A stretch of 64,000 nt of DNA from Eledone cirrhosa (GCA_964016885.1 OZ024741.1:160208001-160272000), one strand, 5' to 3'. Positions 1-12,093 are shown, counted from the stretch's first letter. Notes: generated by a model not told the origin, from the letters alone. Numbers and translations are program-made.

Positions 1-1998
1 CTTCCGCAGTAGTGGCTCGAGAGTCAGTACGTACAGAAGGGAGGAGAGAGGGCATCCCTGTCGAATGGATCGCGTAATATGGAACGGCTCCGAGAGGTAA
101 CCGTTCACCTTGACCCTTGAGCAGATGTTGCTGTTGTGCATTGCAGCAATCCAGCCCCTGAACACGGGTCCGAAGCCTGCCGCCTCGAGCACCGCATCCA
201 GGTAACGATGGTCAACCCTATCGAAAGCCTTAGACTGATCCAAGTTGATCAGGGCCCCACCGAAGCCGGGTTTACACCCTACCCTCTCTATGATGTATCG
301 CATGAGGTGGAGGTTGTCGTGTATGGACCTGGTCGGGATCGCGCATGTCTGCGCTTCTCCCACCAGGTTCTCGACGACAAGCGCCAGCCTCTTTGCCAAC
401 ACCTTGGCCAAAATCTGTAACTCTGTGTTTAGCAGAGTTATGGGCCGGAAGTTGCCTATGTCATCCCCCTTATTCTCGTCCTTCCTGATTAGTGTGACCA
501 CGCCCCCGGTTACAGAACTGGGAATTCTCCCGTTCTGTTGCCAGTTGCAGTAGACCGCTTCCAGGAGACCGGAGAATAAGTCCGGCATTGCTACGTAAAA
601 TTCGTAGGGTAGACCGTCGAGACCTGGAGATTTGCGTTTGCCGCATTGGCTCAGCGCGTCCCCTATCTCAGTGGCTGAAATCGGCTTTTCGCAGAACTTC
701 GCCCCACTGTCCGAGAGTCGCGGTAGGCCGTCGAGGTATGGACCGAAATCCATAGCCTCTCCCGGCGCGCCGCTCCCCCCGAACAGCCGAGCAAAGTGCC
801 GCTGAAAAGCCGCACACATCTGCTTCGGCTCACGTATCACGCGTCCGTTTTGGTCCTTCAAAGACCGAATCGTGGACTTGTTGCCACTTTTTGCCTCCGT
901 CACCCGGGCCCAGCTAACAGCTTTGGCTCCCTCGTTTCCCAGAGCACGTATTTTGCTTCTGACAACGCAGCCCTCGTGCTTTGCGTCGAAGAACTGGTCC
1001 AAGGCCGTTCTCGTTGCTAGCACGCTGGCTACGTTGCCACTTCTAATTGCCTCTTCTACTTTATCTACCAGTTCCTTCTCGGTTCTATTTCTATCTAACG
1101 CTAATTCTTTACTAAAAACTATCGAGTCTAATCTAACTGCCCTCTTGAGAGAGTACCACCATCTGTTGTTGACAATGGCCCCTGTCAAGTGCTGTTTAAC
1201 TAAAGTGCTAATCCGTCTACTGTAGGCTTTGCTTGTCGGTAACGACAAGTTCAGCTTCCAGTAGCCGGGTCCTTGTCTATGGGTTCTATCAAGGTTGGCC
1301 ATGCAGGTCACTAGTTTGTGATCTGAATAGGCAACCATGAACATTTGTGGACAGCTTAACATGTCCCTATCCTTATTTCTAACTAGAACCCTATCTAGGT
1401 ACGATCTAGATGTTCCGCTACGATTACTCCACGTCCACATTGGCGCAGTCGGAAAATCTAGTCGATATCTATCGGCCAGGTCAAATCGGTCGATTAACTG
1501 TTTGAGGCTGTTACACCCCCCTTTGTCGGGACATGCTCCCACATAGTCCCAACGTGCATCTAGGATTCCATTCCAGTCCCCCACTAAAAGCAAGGAGCGG
1601 GACGTTCCCAGAAAAGTCTCTAGACGTTTGAAGAAGTCTGGCCGCGGTGTCCCGGATGGGGCATATGCGGCCACCAGCCTGAAGGCTCCACCTTCACTAC
1701 CGTCAACGTCTAGGACCACCAGTCGACCCTCCGGGTCCAGATGTACCGTCTGTGTTACGAGGCCCAGGTGTTTCCGCAGCAAAACGGCAACTCCGCCCCC
1801 ACCCCCCGGTTGACAGAGAGATGCGTAGATTTCAAAGTCATCGAAGATGGGGGCCAGCTGTCGCTCGCCGTGGATCCTGGACTCGCAAATGGCTACCACA
1901 TCCAAACTGTGTGACCTGAGGTCGTTTAAGAGTTTGCCCTGTTTCCAGGGCATCCCCAGGCCGCGTACGTTCACACATCCAACTCTTATATTGGCCAT
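1..1998 (-). CDS. LINE ORF2 (AP endonuclease + reverse transcriptase), partial, open at the window edge
   Basis: ATG at 1998 gives MANIRVGCVNVRGLG... The same frame at the window edge reads SIRQGCPLSSLLYVLTLEPLLRK (RT motif). Probably missing from the ORF track because no stop lies in the window; I checked the two ends, not every codon. Confidence 0.88.
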   Translation of the reverse strand, partial: MANIRVGCVNVRGLGMPWKQGKLLNDLRSHSLDVVAICESRIHGERQLAPIFDDFEIYASLCQPGGGGGVAVLLRKHLGLVTQTVHLDPEGRLVVLDVDGSEGGAFRLVAAYAPSGTPRPDFFKRLETFLGTSRSLLLVGDWNGILDARWDYVGACPDKGGCNSLKQLIDRFDLADRYRLDFPTAPMWTWSNRSGTSRSYLDRVLVRNKDRDMLSCPQMFMVAYSDHKLVTCMANLDRTHRQGPGYWKLNLSLPTSKAYSRRISTLVKQHLTGAIVNNRWWYSLKRAVRLDSIVFSKELALDRNRTEKELVDKVEEAIRSGNVASVLATRTALDQFFDAKHEGCVVRSKIRALGNEGAKAVSWARVTEAKSGNKSTIRSLKDQNGRVIREPKQMCAAFQRHFARLFGGSGAPGEAMDFGPYLDGLPRLSDSGAKFCEKPISATEIGDALSQCGKRKSPGLDGLPYEFYVAMPDLFSGLLEAVYCNWQQNGRIPSSVTGGVVTLIRKDENKGDDIGNFRPITLLNTELQILAKVLAKRLALVVENLVGEAQTCAIPTRSIHDNLHLMRYIIERVGCKPGFGGALINLDQSKAFDRVDHRYLDAVLEAAGFGPVFRGWIAAMHNSNICSRVKVNGYLSEPFHITRSIRQGCPLSSLLYVLTLEPLLRK

Positions 1999-2031
1999 GT
2001 TGGTGCTGAAAAGTTAAAAGAGGAAAAGAGA

Positions 2032-3165
2032 TCACTCACCCTTCGCCTCCTGGGGACCAGGCCGCACGATTTCCATGGGGGTGTTGGAGGGGTTGTCTGG
2101 ATGGGTGGTGGTTTCCGGCGGGGTGGGGACGCAGATGTTTGGTGGGGTGGGGTCTGGTGGGATGGGGGTGTCTGGGGTGGGGAGGCATTTGAGAAGGACG
2201 CGGTTGAGTGGTTTCACGCAGGAATTCCCCACATCCTTCTCAAATGTTTCTTTTAGGGACCTATAAGTTTGTATAGGGACCCTAATCAGTTTTAGGTTCA
2301 TTTTTTTGCTATTTTTTATAGAGTGGGCGAAAGTTTTCCCTTCGGTGAAAACCGAAGGGTCGTTCGTAATGGTCTCCATTAGTGTTTTGTTTTCAGTGTT
2401 TATGTAAGAGTAAGTGTAATTTTCTTGTGTTGTGTTTGTTTTTGTCTGTAGTTCTTGTGTGTGCTTTCGTTTTGTTGTAGGTATTTTGTTTTCAGGAGGT
2501 GGGGGTTTTGTTTGTGATATTTTTGTTGTTTGTGTTGGTGGTTGTATGTTTGTGGTAGTGTTTGCTGGTTTTTTGCTTTTGTGATGTCTTTTCTTTCTTT
2601 TCGAGCGATGGGGTTCTCCCTCGTCTTCACTGGGTGATGGCGAGATAGCCTCATCTGTTGTATCGTCTGTGTGATTGGGGAGGGGTATGTCTTGGGGAGC
2701 TGTTGTGTCTGTATGTGATTTTGCAGTGGTTTTAGGTGGAGTGAGGTTGGGTGGGACTGTGTTTGTTGTGGTTATTTTTGTGTGTTGGTGTTGTTGTTGT
2801 AGTGGTGGTGTTGGTGGTTGTGTTGTTTTGATGGGTGTTGGCAGAAGAGCCTTTTTTTGGTTCATTAGTTTAGGACAGGAAGCCCTCAGGTGACCCCTGC
2901 TAAAGCAATGGTAACATGAAGGCCGCCTACCCTCAACCGAAAGGTTTATGTAGGTAAGTCCGTCCAGGAGTACACGCTGTGGGATCATAGCTATTCGCTC
3001 TGGGCTCATTTGCACCAGAACTTCAATGCTAGTCCCATTGAATACATCTCTGGGGGACTTGCCTACTGACAGTATTCTGTCTTCATCAAAATTGATGAAG
3101 CCGCACAGTATCCACCATATGTTCACCTTTGGTGTGACACTTGTGATTCTGATCTTTTGTGTCCT
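2032..3165 (-). CDS. LINE ORF1 (gag-like, CCHC zinc knuckle), 5'-truncated
   Basis: CYHCFSRGHLRASC knuckle and a Pro/Thr-rich linker. The C-terminal CVKPLNRVLLK block is shared with ORF1 at 38014-39849. Confidence 0.88.
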   Translation of the reverse strand, partial: RTQKIRITSVTPKVNIWWILCGFINFDEDRILSVGKSPRDVFNGTSIEVLVQMSPERIAMIPQRVLLDGLTYINLSVEGRRPSCYHCFSRGHLRASCPKLMNQKKALLPTPIKTTQPPTPPLQQQHQHTKITTTNTVPPNLTPPKTTAKSHTDTTAPQDIPLPNHTDDTTDEAISPSPSEDEGEPHRSKRKKRHHKSKKPANTTTNIQPPTQTTKISQTKPPPPENKIPTTKRKHTQELQTKTNTTQENYTYSYINTENKTLMETITNDPSVFTEGKTFAHSIKNSKKMNLKLIRVPIQTYRSLKETFEKDVGNSCVKPLNRVLLKCLPTPDTPIPPDPTPPNICVPTPPETTTHPDNPSNTPMEIVRPGPQEAKGE

Positions 3166-3214
<49 letters not shown>

Positions 3215-3563
3215 GACTATAGCCATTAAGTTTTCTTAATTGTGTTATTCTAGCCGTATATCTCTTAATGTAAAATAATATTTTTGTATACAATACAATA
3301 ATATCACCAATTATCGGTCCAAGAAATATAAATTTATCTGATATAGCCTTCATAATTATGTATATAAAATGTTTTATTTGCTGTTAATATGTGAAATACT
3401 ATTAATAAAAGACCACTCTTCGAGAGATCCCAGTTGTGGTGTATATTTAATACAATTTAATACACTCATAAAACCCGTCTCACCTATAATTATGTGCATA
3501 TACAGACCAATCCTCATATATATATGCACACACATACACTCACACAATCTATGTATGTATATA

Positions 3564-3599
<36 letters not shown>

Positions 3600-3625
3600 T
3601 ATATATGTATATATGTGTATATTTA

Positions 3626-3686
<61 letters not shown>

Positions 3687-3705
3687 ATATGTATGTGTAT
3701 ATATG

Positions 3706-3790
<85 letters not shown>

Positions 3791-3874
3791 ATATATATAT
3801 ATATGTATGTATATATGTATGTATATATGTATATATGTATGTATGTATATATGTATGTGTATATGTATATATGT

Positions 3875-4411
3875 ATGGAAAAGGATGAAACGAAATTTCA
3901 TTTCTCACTCTTAGTACGGCTGATACTTAAATGTAAGTATGTACACGTACATACATATATGTATATAGACGTACAGTAGTATGTATATATATATATACAT
4001 ACATGTACACATATATATATGCACGTATGGGTTTACCGAACATTTATTATAATGTTCGGTTTGTTTGTAAACAAACAACCCGAATTACGCCGTACAGTGT
4101 TCGGCAACCATCGTCGCCTTTTTGTTCAACACTGAACGATGTACTAGTTTCAAGCGTATTAGCTAACGTCAGCATCGTATACCTTCCTGTCAGATGATTG
4201 AACTTTTGAAAGTATATACTTTCCTTATGCATATTAACGGCTGAGCAGCCTAATTTGCATATCGAGTGAGTTAGTCGGCCGGGCGAACCGATAAAATGGA
4301 AAAGGATGAAACGAAATTTCATTTCTCACTCTTAGTACGGCTAATACTTAAATGTAAGTATGTATACGTACATACATATATGTATACAGACGTACAGTAG
4401 TATGTATATAT
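3875..4411 (-). mobile_element. Small non-autonomous Penelope/retrozyme-like element: 421 bp unit plus ~115 bp direct repeat, within TA-rich microsatellite
   Basis: ATGGAAAAGGATGAAACGAAATTTC... occurs at 3875 and 4296. Internal hammerhead motif. Family fragments also at 17567-17740 and ~42910-42945. Confidence 0.65.
4136..4178 (-). ncRNA. Minimal type I hammerhead ribozyme motif (degenerate)
   Basis: ACGATG-CTGACGT-TAGC TAATAC GCTT-GAAA-CTAG-TA-CATCGT: 6 bp stem I and palindromic stem III. The core has A9>U and a U-U pair at the base of stem II. Confidence 0.65.
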
Positions 4412-4916
4412 ATGTATATATGTATGTATATATATATATGTATGTGTGTATGGCGAAACAGACTCTTTGGATTTATACGCGTGTGTTATATAGTTATAGA
4501 GGTGCGTATATGCATTTTAATTTATATTTTTAATTATTGTGTGTCTAGCCTGCCTTCATAGATTATAGACTCCATACACTGGTGTTTTTCCCTGTTTTAT
4601 TGATGGCGTACTATCTCTCTCTAGTGTGTTACCTTTTCAATATATTGTATATATGTATATATGTATATATGTATATATGTATATATGTATATATATATGT
4701 ATATATATATGTATATATGTATATATATATGTGTATATAAATGAAAGGTATAGAAAGTATTGTAGCAAGAAGCCAACAGTATTCCATAATAAATATATAT
4801 GTATATATATATATGTGTGTATATATATGTGTATATATATATGTATATATATGCATATATATATATGTATATATATATGTATATGTATATATGTATGTCT
4901 GTATATATGTCGAGTA

Positions 4917-5530
4917 TAGCACTCTTGAGTGCTACTGGTAACATGTAACCCAGTACAACCTGTCGCATGGTCAGGTCGTCGGCGACTAAACCGACAACCC
5001 ACCAAGTTTACTCGGTGAGGAGGGTGATTTTGGACACCCTGCAGGACAAAAAACAAAACCTGACAAAGGGCGGAAGAACTCATAAGAATCAACGGCCATC
5101 TAAATGTGTGTAAATATGTATATACACATGTACATATGTATGTATATGTATATGTACATGGGTACATGTGTATGTATATGCACGGGACGTAGAAATAGTC
5201 GGGCTGGAGACCCGATCGCGCGGTTAAACCACTGGGAGTGAAGGACACCTAGCCTTTGTCAAGGCATTCTTCTAGGAGAAGGAAACTCAGGAAACTGGGA
5301 TAACTCCGATATAAAACCTGCAGCTCAGTAGTTACCGATGATGCTGATCTTTTCTTCTTTTCGGGTTATAGTTACTGTCGCTCAGAGAGTGGGATTGGCT
5401 CAGTGCACAGTCGTTCCTCACTTTAAAAAATATCTTCATGCACAGGCCTTGCACGATAGAATTAATTAATAATTATTAATAATGGTATATCATGCAATGA
5501 CCATACTCGATAACGAGGGGGCAGCCATCA
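4917..5530 (+). mobile_element. (ATGT)n-tailed retroposon, diverged subfamily, with an internal simple-repeat stretch
   Basis: Shares GCTACTGGTAACATGT..CCAGTACAACCTGTC, GGCGACTAAAC, CTAGGAGAAGGAAA and the GGCAGCCA 3' end with 58496-59105. Confidence 0.8.
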
Positions 5531-5595
5531 TATGTGTATGTATATATGAATGTATGTATGTATTTATGTATGAATGTATGTATGTATGTATTTAT

Positions 5596-6032
5596 GTTAT
5601 ATCAGAGTTTTCCTTCTCCTAGAATTCTGCCTTGACAAAGGCTAAGGGGTCATCTCTCCCGGTGATTTTGGATGACCATTGACTCTTAAGAGCTCCTTTG
5701 GTATCCAATGATGTTGACTTGTTCTTCTTTTTGGTAAATATCATCTTGGTTAAGAGAGTGGGACTGGCTTTGTGCAGTGCCTTCGCTCACTATAAAAGCT
5801 TCACGGCACAGGCATTGCTTTATATCTGGAGATCTTTCTGCACTTGTCGTCACAGGGTACCATGGGCCCAGCACTATGTGTCAATAATTGTCACAAGTGT
5901 AGTGTTTGTACGTACCAGAGTTTTCAAGTCGCTGGCTGGACTAAAAAGTCACACTTGTTCAGCGCATCGGTAGGGGTTCTCCTACATGGATATAAAGTAG
6001 TGGCCGTACTCGAAAACGAGTTGCAGCCACCA
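5596..6032 (+). mobile_element. (ATGT)n-tailed retroposon with inverted 5' segment (5596-5700)
   Basis: 5596-5700 is antisense and 5701-6032 is sense relative to the full-length copy. Confidence 0.88.
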
Positions 6033-7182
6033 TGTATTTATGTACGCATAAGCACATATATCTTTGTTTCTCCTTACCCGCTCATTATACGCACGTCTGT
6101 GCAGGTGTGTCTGAGTGTGTGAGTGTCTGTCTGTCTATTTGTGTGTGTGTGTGTGTGTGCGTGTGTGTGAATTTATGTTTGCATGTTTAAATTGATTTAT
6201 TTTCATCTTTGTAGTATTTAAGTATGTCACAAATAGAGTGGCAAAACGTGTTGTTAGAGTCTAGAATTCCATGGATTTGTAAATAAGTGAATATATTGTG
6301 TGTCGTGTGTGTGTTTGTGTAGTATACATATGTGTGTGTATATATGTAGGCAGGGGCCTCGTTTGCCTTAAAAATGTGATTGGACAAACCGACATTTGTT
6401 GATTCTTGAAGGAGCATGTTAGCATTGTTTATGGTGCCTTTCCCGGACCCTATCACATAAATAACATTTTACGCTAATTAAAATTTATATATTCAAATGA
6501 AGTTCAGATATAAAAAAAATAAGCTTTAAAAGAATTTATTATATCAAATAAACAAAAAATAAAATATCGATGTTTGAAAAAGTGTGTGTGTGTGGGGGGG
6601 GTTTGTCCCCTGGTACACCCCCCCCCTCCTGAAAGAAGACCCTTGTATGTAGGTGTATATATTATAAGTAGACATGACTCTCTAGTACACGTATGTTTAT
6701 GCATTTGTGTGTGAGTTTAGCACCGTTAGTCTTTGTGTATGTATGTATGTGTGCGTTATATGCACCCATTTAGTTGTGAGTATATATTCATTCCAGGAAA
6801 CTAAAATTCAGAATCTTTGGAATGTTTTGAAAATCTTCACTGTGTCACTAATCGACAGGATTTGGACGAAGTAAGTTAGTCTGATTTGGAAAAGCCCAGT
6901 AATTCCTGTCTTTATTGAAATATATAATTACATAGTCCAATGATAACAGTTGCAAATATGAATTTATAGTCAGGATATATGAGTTGTAAGTTCAGCATTA
7001 GCTCATCTTTGATGTTTTCTGTTTCCTTATCATTAGACGACACATTTATGCCAACTAGATAGCTGACCTCGACAACAGTCTATTATATTTATTCCCAGTC
7101 CTATAAAACTATATCAGGTCTGTTGTATTTGCACCGGATTGCTGTTCTTATTGGGATGTTCCATCACTATTCATTATTTTTA

Positions 7183-7365
7183 GATTGGCAGTATCGGTAG
7201 AGAGTCGGACACCATGCTTTGACGCATAGAGTTACGGTCCTTTCCATTCTCAATTCAAACCCCGCCGAGGTCAACTTTTCCTTTCATCCTTACGGGTTGA
7301 TAAAATAAAGTACCAGTAATGCACTGGGTAATTGATGGCCTTGTGCCAAAAGTAGAAACAATTAT
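7183..7365 (+). mobile_element. tRNA-derived SINE (family A)
   Basis: A-box-like TGGCAGTATCGG, B-box-like TTCAAACCC, core CTTTCATCCTTACGGG..GATAAAATAAAGTACCAG (resembles the Deu/Nin SINE domain as I recall it), ATT-type tail. Confidence 0.85.
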
Positions 7366-7469
7366 TTTTAAAGGAGTGGGTACATTCTGGTTCTGGCATG
7401 CTCAGAGCAATCCTAACAGCATGCGCGCGCGTGTGTATGTATGTATGGGATGGTTGGATGTATGTTTAT

Positions 7470-7883
7470 GTCAGGTCGCTATTGCCAACATGTAACCCAG
7501 TACAATCTGTCTGATGGTCGCTTCGTCGGCGACTAAACTGGCAACTCCACCAAGCTTGCTTGGTGAGGAGGGTGATATTTGGACACCCAGCGTGATGAAA
7601 TACAAGACCTGGCGAAGGGCCACCTTTCTAAGAGAGGGAAACTCTGAAAAAAAAAACCTGCGCCTTCGGAAGCATCCGATGATGTTGACCAGTTCTCCTT
7701 TTCGGGTAGTGTTTTTGATGCTCAGAGAGTGGGATTCCCCACATAAAAAAAATCTTCAAAGTACAGGCATTGCTTGTTCAGGTTATGTTACAGGATCGTG
7801 TGGCTGGCCGTAGCCTAAAAGTACACCATTTTCTGTAATCTGACAAGCGATTGCAATACTCTTAGCAGAGTTTGCAGCCATCA
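7470..7883 (+). mobile_element. (ATGT)n-tailed retroposon, old diverged copy
   Basis: Conserved 5' block AACATGTAACCCAGTACAA..GGCGACTAAACTGGCAAC. Ends TTTGCAGCCATC(ATGT)n. Confidence 0.75.
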
Positions 7884-9432
7884 TGTATGTATGTATGTAT
7901 GTATGTATGTATGTATGTATGTATGTATGTATGCATGTATGTATGTATGTATGTATGTATGTATGTATGTATGTATGTATGTATGCATGTATGTATGTAT
8001 GCATGTATGTATGTATGTATGTATTGAAATTCACCCTGAAACCAAATGTAACCATTTTTCTCTTCTCACCTACTTTCATGTTGTAGGCCAGCTCTGTTAT
8101 ATCGAAACAAATAAAAAGGCACATAATTTCACATATAACTTTGTTTCCCAGTCTGTTTAACAACTTATTCTAACGAAGGACCTCATTAAGTTAAATATGA
8201 AACATTTGATCAAACACACATACTGCCTTCATTTTAAATTCAATCAAATTTTTATGGGAAACACGCGTTAAAATTCACTTAGGTTTTGAATAAAAAAGCG
8301 AAGGGGGGAAAATAAATAAATATTGATTGTTAAAATTCTGTCGTCTGCTTTGTAGTTTTTTAGTTCTTTAATTATATCTGTCTTCTAGCTTTATTTATTC
8401 ATTTATTTCATTGTTCATCTTTAAAACTCAATCATCCAGTTAGTTGATATATTTCACATCTCTGTAAAGAAAAAGAAAAACAAAAATCTCACACACACAA
8501 AACAAATATATAACTCATTCATGTATTTTTTCATTAAAATTATCTCGTGTTTCACCCTCCCCTCCAATAATGTTTTCATTGAATTTTTTTCGCCATTTTA
8601 AAAAGTCATTAATTAATTCATTCGTTTAGTTCGTTCATTTTGAATATTTAAAACACAATATTTATTTATTTATTTCGCAATATTCAAGCGAAAATCTTGT
8701 ATGGTTCTGCTTAGATATTGCTGTTAGTGGAGTTGTATTATTCTGTTTACATTATCTATCTGTCTATTTATTCATTTATTTGTAATCTCTTTACAAAACT
8801 AATTATCTTATATTTTCTTTCAATTTCACCACTCAAAATTATTCATTCATTCTTTCATTCATTTAATAGATCATCCATTTTGTTTTTTCATTCAATTTTT
8901 TTCAAGTTTCATTTATTTTTTCTAGAGTTCGTTGTCTATAAAATATAATTTACTATTAAGTAATGTGTACTTTAGTATGATGCGGTTCAGGAAAATTTGA
9001 CCACTATTTCTCACGGCCTATTTCTACATGGCCCAGACACGCAGAAAATTTTAGGGGTCTGTGAGTATCTGACACTCACCCACTCTCCTAAAAAATTCTC
9101 AGTCATTTTGAATTTTGAGAAGAGTCCCTCATATCCCTGAGCTTGAAAACAGAAATATCTTAACGTGGAGCTGCTATTTCTAGCTAGTCGGATAACCATA
9201 CATTTATATGTTAAGAAAAAAAAATCATTCATTTCTATATTTCCACACATTGTTCATCAACACATTTTTCTTCCTCGTTCATTTTAGCAGGAGGAAAATC
9301 TATTAATTAATTCAGTTTTTCCCCATTAATCTTATCTATTTTATCTATTTTATTTAATGTATTATTTAGATATGCATGATTCACATTTTCTCTTTAAATA
9401 ATTAATATTGTTATAGAATGAATATGTGTATA

Positions 9433-9469
<37 letters not shown>

Positions 9470-9691
9470 TAATAAATGAACAGAGAACAAAACACAGAGA
9501 GGTAGTACAAATGATATTAGTATTGGTTTCACATATATTCGTGGACCGTCTCCTATCGATATAAGGCCATATTTGCAGGCTGTCCCCAAATCGAATTTTC
9601 TATTTTCAGTCTTTTATTTTTCTCTATATCCTATCTTCCATTCTATGTTTGGGTTCAACGTAATCCTGTTACATAATTCTGCAGATGACAC

Positions 9692-9742
9692 CTGATGAGG
9701 TCGCCTGCATCATAATCGGATGACGGATCTGGGCGATCGAAA
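9692..9742 (+). ncRNA. Hammerhead core (stem I partner not evident) in a TA-flanked element, ~9470-9745
   Basis: CTGATGA-GGTCGCC...GGCGATC-GAAA followed by (TA)n. The upstream part (9530-9620) recurs reverse-complemented at 11796-11878. Confidence 0.5.
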
Positions 9743-9889
9743 TATATATATATATATATATATAGGAGGTGAGTTTTATTGTAGCACAATAAAGCAATGC
9801 AAATATCGGATAAGTAGCACTCAACAGTTTATAGGACTGGAGTATAAATAATATAAAATATAAAATATAAAAAATATATATATATATAA

Positions 9890-9933
<44 letters not shown>

Positions 9934-10201
9934 GGGGGGAGAGCGAGAGAGAGGGGTGGTCAATATTGTTTCGTTGGTTAGTGTATCACGTTTTCCTAGC
10001 GCGTGAGAACGTGTGGTAGCTGTAGCATAAATGGAAGCAGTCGCAATTCTCCGATCATCCATGGTTCTACAATTGATAGAGAAATGGTCATCATTGAATT
10101 ACGCGCGCGCGTGTGTTTGTGAGTGTATGTGTATATGGATATATGTATATAAAAATTGAACGAATCTATTTATCTACCGACCTATTTTTTGTATCTCCCC
10201 A

Positions 10202-10276
<75 letters not shown>

Positions 10277-10287
10277 GTCTATCTATA

Positions 10288-10429
10288 TGAAATGTCTCCC
10301 CCTATTGGGGAAAATTGACTAACTTTTAAATTACATTTGTGATAATATTTTACACGTTTTTATTGTATGTAAACTTCCCCCTTTGTATTTGTCCCCTTCT
10401 GCTGTGCCCCTGTGGCTAATAAAGAAACA
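10288..10429 (+). mobile_element. 3'-end stub of the TATC-associated Tx1-like LINE group
   Basis: GTAAACTTCCCCCTTTGTATTTGTCCCCTTCT..TGCCCCTGTGGCTAATAAAGAAACA then (TATC)n. Aligns to the 3' termini at 34031 and 34348. Confidence 0.8.
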
Positions 10430-10693
10430 TATCTATCTATCTATCTGTCTATCTCTATAAACAGTAATGCCAATTCTATAACACTACTAATTATTTGGGT
10501 AGAAAAAATATCTATGGAAACACTTTAGTGCAGCGAAACAATGTAAGCAGGAATACTGAAATATTAGCAAACATCTGTGTCTGTTGACTTGGAATTGGCC
10601 GGATGCTTTTTCCATCTATCTTGCTCAACAAATTTCTGTTTGAATGTTTTACAGAAATATTATTGAGATAATTAGAGCAAATGCAGCTGCTGT

Positions 10694-10742
<49 letters not shown>

Positions 10743-10925
10743 GTTGCTGATGATGATGATAATGATGGTATTGGTGGTGTTTTTGTTGTTGTAAGTGTTA
10801 TTATTACAACACAGTTAATTGATGTCGCCCCGGAGTGTATTGCATCGGCAGCTGATCTTCAGTAACACGCATTCGCACGCCTGCAAACACACACACGCAC
10901 ACACATACACACACACACACACACA

Positions 10926-10970
<45 letters not shown>

Positions 10971-11033
10971 CTCATATATATACATGTATATATTATGTAT
11001 GTATATATCTATCTATCTCTCTCTCTCTCTTTC

Positions 11034-11066
<33 letters not shown>

Positions 11067-11102
11067 ATATATACTTATATATATATACATGTATATATTA
11101 TG

Positions 11103-11133
<31 letters not shown>

Positions 11134-11144
11134 ATATCTATCTA

Positions 11145-11235
<91 letters not shown>

Positions 11236-11343
11236 GTACATGTGTGTGTGTGTGTGTGTAAAAAGTAGATGGAAAACAGCACAGCAAACGATACATTACA
11301 ATATTACAATATTAATTTGACGCTTGATATAGTAGGAAAATAG

Positions 11344-11379
11344 TCTTAACATTTCGGGCATTTGGCCTTCATCAGAAGA
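11344..11379 (-). ncRNA. Minimal hammerhead motif
   Basis: TCTT-CTGATGA-AGGC CAAAT GCCC-GAAA-TG-TT-AAGA. A homologous motif with similar flanks lies at 27305-27340. Confidence 0.6.
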
Positions 11380-11534
11380 TAAAAGAAATAAATGACGAAT
11401 AAATTACAGTGAGAAGAGGAAAGAATAAGGAAAATATTGGTGGGGAAAAAAGCAAGTTTGTGCTCAGTCAGCCATTTTGTGGGGAAAATATATATATATG
11501 TGTATGTATACGCGCGTATGTGTTGTTTGACATT

Positions 11535-11700
11535 TAGCGGTTTTGACGATGAGTGTTCCAGTTATTCATCAATGGAACAGCCTGTTCATGAAGTTAGCAT
11601 GTGTCTAACACTGCTCAGACGCGTATTCTCTTAACGTTGTTCTCAATGTTATTCAATGTGATACAGTGAGTGATAAGGCTGGCCGTTTGAATTACAGGTA
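11535..11700 (+). repeat. Old dispersed repeat family (other copies ~12190-12352 -, ~26690-26760 -, ~54345-54505 -)
   Basis: Shared TTTGACGATGAGTGTTCCAGT...GCTGGCCNTTTGAA.TACAGGTA blocks seen by eye. Confidence 0.55.
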
Positions 11701-11870
11701 GGTACTGTCCATACGACGGGTTTCCAAGCAGCCTCCGTCTACCAAATTTCACTCACTTTGGTGAACATGAAACTACGGTAATTGACACTTGCTCGTAAAA
11801 GATAGAAAATAGAAAATTTGATTCGGGGACAGCTTGCAAATATGGCGTTATATCGATATTAGACGGTCCA

Positions 11871-11943
<73 letters not shown>

Positions 11944-11949
<6 letters not shown>

Positions 11950-12093
11950 GTGAGGTTTTTTTTTTACAAAATGAAAAATAACCGAGGTGTCCTACACGAG
12001 TGAAAGTATAAGGAAAAAGGATGAAATCGAAAATGCAACTGGAGTCTTTTTTTAAAAAAAGACTCCAGTTGCATTTTCGATTTCATCTTTTTT

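Larger units (their letters stand above)
1..3166 (-). mobile_element. Tx1/L1-like non-LTR retrotransposon, 5'-truncated inside ORF1, running off the left edge of the window
   Basis: ORF1 remnant plus EN-RT ORF2, colinear with the element at 34348-40051. The 5' truncation point abuts (GATA)n at 3167-3213. Confidence 0.93.

Noticed and set aside
136-1813. Plus-strand ORFs repeated at 36227-37565
   Set aside because: Antisense shadows of the conserved LINE ORF2.
3369-3979. YI/IY, VC, HT, RE, poly-R and poly-V ORFs here and throughout the window
   Set aside because: Microsatellite translations.
5686-6122. Recurrent 60-130 aa ORFs (MLGPWYHV..., MVSNDVDL...) at several loci
   Set aside because: They recur only because the ATGT retroposon is repeated. 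No domain is recognisable and they are not preserved in the diverged subfamilies.
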